This document shows positions 1 to 7,004 of a stretch of 64,000 nt of DNA, in pieces (the first letter of the stretch is position 1; each line of letters begins with the position of its first letter). Origin of the DNA: an uncultured Clostridium sp. (lineage in GTDB: Bacteria; Bacillota; Clostridia; TANB77; CAG-508). Made by a program: the position numbers and the translations under genes. The notes beneath the pieces were generated by a model that searched no databases, was not told the DNA's origin, and worked only from the letters and a program-made list of their open reading frames with translations. Location of the stretch: assembly GCA_964370905.1 (NCBI GenBank), contig CAYJKK010000005.1, forward strand, positions 666 to 64,665. The letters run 5' to 3'.

Positions 1-454
1 GTGGTAATTCAAAACTAGTAATACTTAGTTTTCCAATATTAAAACTATATTTTGTAATTTTGATTTCTTTATTCTTTAGTAACTCAAAATGTTTTAAGAA
101 ATTAAGAACATTATCATATGCACTTTTAGGAATCATTACTGTTATGTTAAGCTTTGAGTTACTGATTTTTGTAGCATTCTGTTCTTCACCAAAAAAAGTT
201 TGATATTTCAAATTAAATCTAAGAGGATCGACATTACTTACTCCTAGTATATACATTATATAACAATTAGAGCTATTCCCCATTATATAACTTGGTATAT
301 CGTTTTGCTTTAAAACGTTTATAAGTTCATAAACAGCAATTATTTCTTCTTCAAGATGGTGATACTTTACAAGTTTTACTTCTTCATTTATCCTTTCTAG
401 CAATAATGGGTCTTTTATTTTTAAAATTTTTTCTTCTAATATTTTTTTCATCAT
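1..454 (-). CDS. Partial CDS (5' part; continues beyond window start): degenerate DnaE/PolC PHP-region-like protein
   Basis: Not in the ORF track because there is no stop inside the window. My own translation of the - strand starts at ATG 454 (second ATG at 451), with AGGAG at 464-468: MMKKILEEKILKIKDPLLLERINEEVKLVKYHHLEEEIIAVYELINVLKQNDIPSYIMGNSSNCYIMYILGVSNVDPLRFNLKYQTFFGEE... This parallels the DnaE segment ..NGIPVGPGRGSAAGSLVAYxLxITxxDPLxxxLLFERFLNPER.. However, GRGS is GNSS, the following acidic metal-binding stretch is not conserved, and the N-terminal PHP His motifs are missing. Confidence 0.45.
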   Translation of the reverse strand, partial: MMKKILEEKILKIKDPLLLERINEEVKLVKYHHLEEEIIAVYELINVLKQNDIPSYIMGNSSNCYIMYILGVSNVDPLRFNLKYQTFFGEEQNATKISNSKLNITVMIPKSAYDNVLNFLKHFELLKNKEIKITKYSFNIGKLSITSFELP

Positions 455-650
455 AAAACTAACTCCTACTTATATTTTAAATTTATTGATTTTGAATGTG
501 TAATCAACATCGTCTTAATTTATATTATAACATAAATTATTTTAAAATTTCATCAAAGAATCATTTTATAAGTAATATACTTTTGCATCATTAAATATTA
601 ATACTTTCACTACTCTACATCATATTCCCAAAACTCACCTTTTTTACAAA

Positions 651-1913
651 TTACCATTCAACATATTTAGTTAGATAATCCTCTATTTCTGATGTTTCTG
701 GATTCTTTTTCATTTCTACAAGATATATTTTTAAATCTACTTTTCCCTTTAGTTGTTTTTTATAATAATCTATTGTTTTAGTTTCTTTTGGTAATTTATG
801 AGCTTTTATTAATTGTTCTATTTCTTTTTCATTATTTAAATTTTCTAACATTCTTTTTATTTCTTCTTTTTTTTCAAAGTCATATCCTATTACTATATGA
901 TATTCTAAATTAGTAAAGTCTAAATTAGTAGGTAATTTAGTATTGAATAATTGATTTCTAATTTCAATATTTTGAGTCAAATTTTTCAACACTATTTCTT
1001 TATATTTTTCAGAATTAACAAATTTTATAATATCATCCAAGTGCTTACATATGCCATTAGTCCCCATGATGACTGATTCATTGTATTTTACTTCAACAAA
1101 AATAAATTTATCTTTTTTCAAAAAAACATTATCTACTCTTCCTGTATTAACTTTATTTTCACAATTTGTTGGTGACTTTATTCCTACTTCCATTTCCAAC
1201 TTAAAAGAATCATTATATAGTTTATCTCTCGGATTATTTTCAATCATTAAATACTGCTGAAACATTTTTTCATCTTCTCCACCTACTATTGAACAGTATT
1301 CATTAATAAATATTTCCATCACTTCATTTATATTATTTATATTATCTTTAATATTTCCTCTTGGTTTCATTCTTATGTTTAAATTACTTTTTTTCATTTT
1401 TTGTTCTATTGTAACTTTAGCTAAATCATTTTGAAATTTTATTATTTCATTCCATGAATATTTATCTTTAGATAAATATATTGGATACTCATAGCTATTT
1501 TCATCTTTTTTATTAAACATAAATTCTTCTCTACTTGGAAATTTGTTTTTGTTTATTAGTTTATCCTCTTTTAAAAAATTATATAACTCATCAAGAATAG
1601 TATTTAAATTTTTTTGGTGTTTTAAAATATTATTAGGATTATATTTTAAGATAATTCTTTTTTCTTTTTTAGTACCTATTAAAAAAACAAAATATTTTTC
1701 TATAATGTCTATCCAGTTCTTCATATCACTTTTAAATTTGTCTATATTCTTTCTTTGTTTTTCATTAATTAATAAAACATTAGCATAATATTCTACTTTA
1801 TCACCTTGTATTTTAGCTAGTTTTACTCCATTATAGTAAACATCATCAACTATTTTATTATTTTTATCATATCTATAACGATGTACATATTTTTTATTAT
1901 TGAATTCTTCCAT
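651..1913 (-). CDS. Hypothetical protein with a PD-(D/E)xK (restriction-endonuclease-fold) nuclease-like core in its C-terminal half
   Basis: 420-aa ORF in the track. Its ATG at 1913 lies 5 nt after the stop of the upstream MBL gene, indicating an operon. The motif ...TGRVD261NVFLKKDKFIFVE274VK276YNES... fits the D-x(n)-E-x-K core. The N-terminal ~230 aa are Lys/Asn-rich with no motif I recognise. Confidence 0.6.
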   Translation of the reverse strand: MEEFNNKKYVHRYRYDKNNKIVDDVYYNGVKLAKIQGDKVEYYANVLLINEKQRKNIDKFKSDMKNWIDIIEKYFVFLIGTKKEKRIILKYNPNNILKHQKNLNTILDELYNFLKEDKLINKNKFPSREEFMFNKKDENSYEYPIYLSKDKYSWNEIIKFQNDLAKVTIEQKMKKSNLNIRMKPRGNIKDNINNINEVMEIFINEYCSIVGGEDEKMFQQYLMIENNPRDKLYNDSFKLEMEVGIKSPTNCENKVNTGRVDNVFLKKDKFIFVEVKYNESVIMGTNGICKHLDDIIKFVNSEKYKEIVLKNLTQNIEIRNQLFNTKLPTNLDFTNLEYHIVIGYDFEKKEEIKRMLENLNNEKEIEQLIKAHKLPKETKTIDYYKKQLKGKVDLKIYLVEMKKNPETSEIEDYLTKYVEW

Positions 1914-1918
1914 TACAC

Positions 1919-3163
1919 TTACACTTCCATTTCTTTATTATCATTTATCTCAATATAGTTTTTAAATAACTTTTTAGCCTTTTCTTGTTTGTTTGTATGA
2001 ATAACTATAACTTTAGGATAGTTTAATATCTTATCTAACATCATTAATGTTTCATTATCAGCATGACCTGATGTATGCCTAATTACAAAATCCATAGGTA
2101 ATTTTATTATTTCATTTATAAAATTACTCATAAATTCTTGCCTATCAATGTATCCTGGCCACATAGAATATACAAATAAACATTTCTTATTTTTATCATA
2201 TATTTTCTTTATATCTTCAATCATTGAAGATTTAACTAACATTACAAAATCTCTTTTAGAGTTAAAATTAAATTGCCTATTTGAAAATTTTTCATTAAAG
2301 ATTTCTTCCTTTTCTTTTACATATTTAATTGGTTTATATGAAAACAAATTAGTATATTTTTTTTCGCCAAAACTAGGTATTGTTCCACTAATATTGCTTG
2401 TTATATCACATGTGGCTGCATCCATTATAAATGCTTTATTCCCTTTTGCTTTATAAAAACCAACAATTCTATCAATATTAGTTGATGCTTGCAGAATATA
2501 TATTTGATTATATTTAGTAAATAAACTTTTGACATTAGAACTCAGTTCTTGTTCTGTAACTAATTCCTTTTTTTCTCTACCTAAAGAGGTTCCTTCAGTA
2601 ATTAAATAATCAACTTTCACAATTTTTCTAATAGCATTTAATAAAGAATTTTGTTTTCTACCATGTGTTCTAAAATCTCCCGTATGTAACACTCTTTTAC
2701 CATCACATTCTACTAAAAACATTGCTGAATTATATGACGAATGATCTATTATATATGGTGTTATTTTAATATCTCCAATATTAATAACATCATTAAAATT
2801 AAATTTAAAGTAATTACTACTATCTAGCTTGAAATTTTTTTTAAACGGGTACGTTGTATATTGAATAGTTTTTTCATATATATAAAAACTTTTTTCTTCA
2901 ATATATATAGGAATAGATTTTAACACCTTATTAATTGAAGAAATATGATCTCCATGACTATGTGTTATGAATACTGCATCATATTTTTTTTTGCCTTTTG
3001 TTAATCCATTTAACTCAAATTTAATTTTAGGTTTTTCTTCGTCTGGTAAATCTTCACCAAAATCAATTATAATTTTACTTCCACTCTTAGAGCTTATTTC
3101 AGTAATACATCCTCCTATCTGATTAATACCTTTATGAATTTTAATTTTAATTTTTTTCACCAT
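1919..3163 (-). CDS. MBL-fold beta-CASP (RNase J-like) metallo-nuclease, short and diverged form
   Basis: 414-aa ORF with the full motif set: IIIDFGED (motif 1), ITH68SH70GD72H73 (HxHxDH), IIDHSSY (motif 3), LHTGDFR (motif 4), LITEGTS (beta-CASP motif A) and VIRHTSGHAD (motifs B/C, like the RNase J HxSGHA). It lacks the C-terminal domain of housekeeping RNase J. Confidence 0.8.
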   Translation of the reverse strand: MVKKIKIKIHKGINQIGGCITEISSKSGSKIIIDFGEDLPDEEKPKIKFELNGLTKGKKKYDAVFITHSHGDHISSINKVLKSIPIYIEEKSFYIYEKTIQYTTYPFKKNFKLDSSNYFKFNFNDVINIGDIKITPYIIDHSSYNSAMFLVECDGKRVLHTGDFRTHGRKQNSLLNAIRKIVKVDYLITEGTSLGREKKELVTEQELSSNVKSLFTKYNQIYILQASTNIDRIVGFYKAKGNKAFIMDAATCDITSNISGTIPSFGEKKYTNLFSYKPIKYVKEKEEIFNEKFSNRQFNFNSKRDFVMLVKSSMIEDIKKIYDKNKKCLFVYSMWPGYIDRQEFMSNFINEIIKLPMDFVIRHTSGHADNETLMMLDKILNYPKVIVIHTNKQEKAKKLFKNYIEINDNKEMEV

Positions 3164-3224
3164 CCTATTATTTTATTTTTACTATGCATTTTGGGTTATT
3201 TCTATATTATATCATAATACATTT

Positions 3225-3567
3225 TATAAATAATCTTTATAACAATATAATACCACTTATAAAAATAATTTCAACTATTTTTATAAGATTTTTCATTTAC
3301 AACTCTCTTTTGAAAAATCATTTAAAAATTGCAACCTTTTTTCTCCCATTAATATGTACTTATTTTCCAAAGCCTGTACTTCTAATAGTTTCAGGGCGAC
3401 TACTTTCAAATATTTTTTTAACGGTTAGGGAAGTCGGTGTACAACTTAAAGACGGATATAACGGTGATATATCTGCAAGAGACGCTGGTAAAATAGGTGG
3501 ACAAATGGTTAAAAAAATGATCGAATCTTATGAACAAAACATGAAATAGTTATCATTTAATTTTTAT
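3225..3567. repeat. Direct repeat copy R1 (~343 bp), carrying a decayed SASP gene
   Basis: Aligns by eye with 5645-5987 at an offset of 2420 bp. The first ~130 bp and last ~110 bp are near-identical (e.g. ataaataatctttat...aataatttcaactatttttata...caactctctttt.aaaaatcatttaaaaattgcaacctttttt and aataggtggacaaatggttaaaaaaatga...cttatgaacaaaacatgaaatagttatcatttaatttttat). The middle is more diverged and has indels. Confidence 0.9.
3354..3549 (+). pseudogene. Alpha/beta-type small acid-soluble spore protein (SASP) remnant, frameshifted
   Basis: The C-terminal reading frame REVGVQLKDGYNGDISARDAGKIGGQMVKKMIESYEQNMK* matches clostridial alpha/beta SASP C-termini (cf. ..ELGVPFSDYNGDLSSRQCGSVGGEMVKRMVEAYESQIK, from memory). 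The only plausible ATG (3354, MYLFSKACTSNSFRATTFKYFFNG*) is in another frame and needs a 1-nt change in the T7 run at ~3412-3418 to join. There is no SD upstream, and the conserved N-terminal half is degenerate. Confidence 0.6.
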
Positions 3568-3579
3568 TATGAATACATA

Positions 3580-3614
3580 AAGGCAGGACTTGATTTCCTG
3601 CCTTTTAATTTTTT
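3580..3614 (+). terminator. Rho-independent terminator after the SASP remnant (may also serve the convergent darG-like gene)
   Basis: Perfect 8-bp stem AGGCAGGA (3581-3588) / TCCTGCCT (3596-3603) with a 7-nt loop, followed by tttaatttttt. Confidence 0.7.
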
Positions 3615-3664
3615 ATTTAACTAACTAAGTATTATGCTCATTTTGTTTAGTTAAAACTATTTTC

Positions 3665-4348
3665 TTATATATCAAAAAAAGAAATTTGTTTTAAATTATT
3701 ACTACAATTATAAAAATATTCAAACAATTTTTCATAGGACTTAATTCCTAATCCTTCAATTTCTTGAATTTTATAAAATCTATTCAATGGTCTACTATTT
3801 AAAATACTTTCTTCTTGTTTTGCAGTTACTCTAATAATATTTTTCAAGTTATCTATAGTCATTTCATTAAACAAATCTAACATTTCTTTTTCTTTGCCTT
3901 TTGCAAATGTATATCTATCCATACATATATATATGTCTATTTCTATATTCTGTAAATATTTTTCCATAAGCACTTTAACTTTTGTCCATTCTAATCCACC
4001 ATTTCCACATCCCAATTTAGGGAATGCAACAGATTTAATGTTTTTTCCTTTATATGTTTTCACGAAGTCTTCAAGTCCTTCTTCTATCCATTTAATATTA
4101 GACGGGAACTTAAAACTTTTTTTAGTTGGAAAATTTATTATATTATTACTTCCAATATTATAATACTCAATTTTCCCCACATTTATCTTTTTTTCTATAC
4201 ATCTTTTTTTATAATCTTCATACATACTAGGGTATCTTAACATAAATTCCAATGCAATTCCCTTTCCCATAAAACCATCACAATTGACCGTATTCACATA
4301 GGATTCTGCTGGTGAATTAAATACTGTATCTTCTATATATTTTATCAT
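3665..4348 (-). CDS. darG: DarG-like macrodomain protein (putative DNA ADP-ribosyl glycohydrolase antitoxin) with a short HhH-like C-terminal tail
   Basis: 227 aa. Matching motifs are VNTVNCDGFMGKGIALEF, IINFPTKKSFKFPSNIKWIEEGL and AFPKLGCGNGGLEW. These correspond to DarG macrodomain motifs recalled from memory (VNTVNxxGVMGKGIAL, IINFPTKxHWRxPSxLEWIExGL, IPPLGCGNGGLDW). The C-terminal ~85 aa contain a helix-hairpin-helix-like segment, IQEIEGLGIKSYEKLFEYF, instead of the long canonical DarG C-domain. Confidence 0.8.
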   Translation of the reverse strand: MIKYIEDTVFNSPAESYVNTVNCDGFMGKGIALEFMLRYPSMYEDYKKRCIEKKINVGKIEYYNIGSNNIINFPTKKSFKFPSNIKWIEEGLEDFVKTYKGKNIKSVAFPKLGCGNGGLEWTKVKVLMEKYLQNIEIDIYICMDRYTFAKGKEKEMLDLFNEMTIDNLKNIIRVTAKQEESILNSRPLNRFYKIQEIEGLGIKSYEKLFEYFYNCSNNLKQISFFDI

Positions 4349-4363
4349 TTTATTCTAATAACA

Positions 4364-5629
4364 TTAAACTGTTATATCCTCCATTCCTTTATAATATATA
4401 ATTTTATATCCATTAAAATTATATATTAAATTAAATTTTATACTATATTTTAATTTAAATATCACCTCATAAGTTGTATCTTTAATTTTACTAGGTTCTA
4501 TTATGATTTTTTCAATCTCTCCATTCTCATAACTTATTTCTATCGTATTAGTTATAGTTTTTTCTATCTCTCTTATAAAAAACATTTTCACTTTAATTTC
4601 ACTATCTCGTTGCTCTATTATATAATCTTCTAAGCAATTTATATTAATTAAGTTTTTATAATTAAATTTTGAATTATCTACGAAAAAATTTTCTTTTTTA
4701 CCAAATAAACTAATGGCATTTTTAAAATCAGCACTTGTTCTAAAAATAATTTTATTAGCATATAATATATCTACTTCATTAAAATGTAAATACTCTGCAT
4801 TTCTACATGAGATTATGTGTTTTTTTATTTCATCACAATCTGGAATTGGGTTTCTATCGAAAATAAATTTCCAATCCCACTCTCTTGATTTTAATATATT
4901 TTCAAAGTTATTAAAGACTTGCTTATACTTGCTCCCTGCATTTTTATTTGTAAAATATTTTTTTCCTACTTTAGATATTTTTTTATCAAAGATAAATAAT
5001 ACTGGAGATGGCATATGTGATTCATCTTCTTTTTCATACAACTTTATTCCTTCTGATTTATATAATGTTGGTGTTTTTGAGGAAAAATAAAATCTAACAT
5101 AATTAAGTACATTATTCTCTGTCTTTATTATAACTTCTTTATCTGCCGCATCACACTGTAACTTTCCATTTTCCATAATCTTTTTTCGTGAATATAATTT
5201 CTGCTCTTTCATTATATTTATAAAATTAGTGAAGTCTGTATAATGGTGAAAACCTTCAAATTTAAATTTTTTTTCTAAATATTCAAAAAATTCATTATAA
5301 TAGTATTCTTCTTTTTTCTCTTTCTCCTTCTGCATTTTTGTTATTGAAGTTAGTAATTTAGAAATATTTTCTTTCTTCAAATTTTCTTCTAATTCACATA
5401 TTATTTTTTTTTGATAAATTCTTTTAGCTTCTTCAAAACATTTCTGATTTTCTTCATATATTTTTTTATTTATAACATCTTTTGGCGAAAAAAATAATGT
5501 TTTTCCTAAAAAGTCCTCACTAATTTTTTTCACTCCATTATTATTAAATTCTATAATATAACTTCCTACTTCTTCTCTTATATATTTACCATAACCAAAT
5601 TTAATATGCCACAACATTTGCTCTTTCAT
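4364..5629 (-). CDS. darT: DarT-like (DUF4433) ADP-ribosyltransferase with extra N- and C-terminal regions
   Basis: 421 aa. The central region carries FHHYTDFTNFINIMKEQKLYSR (cf. DarT YHxTHxxNLxSIL), VLNYVRFYFSSKTPTLY (cf. YVPFYFxxRSPMLY), KYFTNKNAG (cf. FTDxHA) and CRNAEYLHFNEV (cf. KQAEFLV with the catalytic Glu). It lies 15 nt upstream of the macrodomain gene, which is the canonical darT-darG order. About 120 aa N-terminal (coiled-coil-like, K/E-rich) and ~110 aa C-terminal (beta-rich) are unassigned. Confidence 0.7.
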   Translation of the reverse strand: MKEQMLWHIKFGYGKYIREEVGSYIIEFNNNGVKKISEDFLGKTLFFSPKDVINKKIYEENQKCFEEAKRIYQKKIICELEENLKKENISKLLTSITKMQKEKEKKEEYYYNEFFEYLEKKFKFEGFHHYTDFTNFINIMKEQKLYSRKKIMENGKLQCDAADKEVIIKTENNVLNYVRFYFSSKTPTLYKSEGIKLYEKEDESHMPSPVLFIFDKKISKVGKKYFTNKNAGSKYKQVFNNFENILKSREWDWKFIFDRNPIPDCDEIKKHIISCRNAEYLHFNEVDILYANKIIFRTSADFKNAISLFGKKENFFVDNSKFNYKNLININCLEDYIIEQRDSEIKVKMFFIREIEKTITNTIEISYENGEIEKIIIEPSKIKDTTYEVIFKLKYSIKFNLIYNFNGYKIIYYKGMEDITV

Positions 5630-5644
5630 AAATACCTCACATCA

Positions 5645-5987
5645 TATAAATAATCTTTATAGTAATATAATATCACTTTTTAAAATAATTTCAACTATTT
5701 TTATAATATTTTTTCATTTACAACTCTCTTTTAAAAAATCATTTAAAAATTGCAACCTTTTTTCTTCCCTTAATATGTACTCATTTTTCAAATCTAGTAA
5801 TACCAATAGTTTCATGGCGATTATTTTCAAATATTTTTTAACAGCTAGTGAAATTTGTGTACAACTTAAATCCAAATATAACGGTGATATATCTCAATGG
5901 CGCTTGGAAAAATAGGTGGACAAATGGTTAAAAAAATGACCCAAATCTTATGAACAAAACATGAAATAGTTATCATTTAATTTTTAT
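5645..5987. repeat. Direct repeat copy R2 (~343 bp), carrying a more decayed SASP remnant
   Basis: See R1 (3225-3567). It starts 16 bp upstream of the darT-like start codon (- strand). Confidence 0.9.
5774..5969 (+). pseudogene. Second alpha/beta-type SASP remnant, with multiple frameshifts
   Basis: Homologous to 3354-3549, but the C-terminal coding part is broken: ..aacggtgatatatctcaatggcgcttggaaaaataggtggacaaatggttaaaaaaatgacccaaatcttatgaacaaaacatgaaatag. Indels relative to R1 destroy the GDISARDAGKIGGQMVKKMIESYEQNMK frame. Confidence 0.55.
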
Positions 5988-6093
5988 CAATTAAATATTT
6001 CATATATTTAATTAAAGTTTGGTAGGAGATTGATTTTTGTTTTTATATTTTTATTATAATTATATTTTATTTTTAAGATATTTTTATATTTAC

Positions 6094-6936
6094 TTAATTC
6101 ATATTATTAATCAATTGTTCTAGTTCTTCTAATACTTCTATGTCCTGACTTGAATAATCTGCATTTTCAAATTTTTCTCGTTCTTCTTTTATTTGAGTTT
6201 CTAAATGTTCTTTACCTGTAATACCTTCTTCATTAACTATATTACTATCTACTCCATTTTCTATAAATAATTTCAATTTATTAACATCAGTATTACTTGG
6301 AATTACTAACCACATTTTATGCAATATCGTTCCTTGTTCATGCTTTAAATCATTTACATTTGCTCCATGTTTTAATAATATTTCTACAGCTTCATATTTT
6401 CCAGTTGTAGTTGCATAGGTTAAAAGTGTACTTTCTTCTAATCCATCTAATGTTGAGTTTTCATCATATCCATATTCAAGTAACAAGTCTAATATTTTTA
6501 ATTTTTCTTCATCTATTCTATTACATTCTTCAACATCATCATAATATGCACTATATTCCCCTACCATCAAATTTTCAATCAATTCATCTTGATTTTCGTC
6601 TATCATCCAGCCATCTTCTAAATATTTTTCTAAAGAATCTATATCACGATACTCAATTGCTGCTATTTCTTTTCCATTAACTATACTAGATAAACCTTGT
6701 CCATAAAAATCTGGATATAGTGCTAAACTCCATAATATAGCTAATATTATTGCTGATATTATAAATAATATACTAACTACTACTTGTGCATTACTTTTTT
6801 TCTTTGTCTTTATTCTTTTAATAAGTAGTACTAATGATATAATACCTATTACAGCAACAAATATATTAAATATGATAAATGCAACAAATATTACTAGTAT
6901 CGTTGGTATTATTGCCATTCCTGCTAATATTCTCAT
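6094..6936 (-). CDS. Membrane protein with C-terminal ankyrin repeats
   Basis: 280 aa with N-terminal hydrophobic helices (ILAGMAIIPTILVIFVAFIIFNIFVAVIGIISLVLLI, VVVSILFIISAIILAILWSLAL). These are followed by ANK-like units: KILDLLLEYGYDEN, STLLTYATTTGKYEAVEILLKHGANVND and KLKLFIENGVDSNIVNEEGITG. Confidence 0.7.
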   Translation of the reverse strand: MRILAGMAIIPTILVIFVAFIIFNIFVAVIGIISLVLLIKRIKTKKKSNAQVVVSILFIISAIILAILWSLALYPDFYGQGLSSIVNGKEIAAIEYRDIDSLEKYLEDGWMIDENQDELIENLMVGEYSAYYDDVEECNRIDEEKLKILDLLLEYGYDENSTLDGLEESTLLTYATTTGKYEAVEILLKHGANVNDLKHEQGTILHKMWLVIPSNTDVNKLKLFIENGVDSNIVNEEGITGKEHLETQIKEEREKFENADYSSQDIEVLEELEQLINNMN

Positions 6937-7004
6937 TTATTATTTTCCTTTCTTATTACTACATTTTTTCTCTTTTAACTATATATATACATTACCTACT
7001 ATTT

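Noticed and set aside
3184-3549. 121-aa + strand ORF from the track (MHFGLFLYYIIIHF...)
   Set aside because: Only the last ~40 codons look like a real protein (the SASP C-terminus). The rest is a translation of AT-rich repeat/promoter DNA with no RBS. I treat it as a SASP pseudogene rather than a 121-aa gene.
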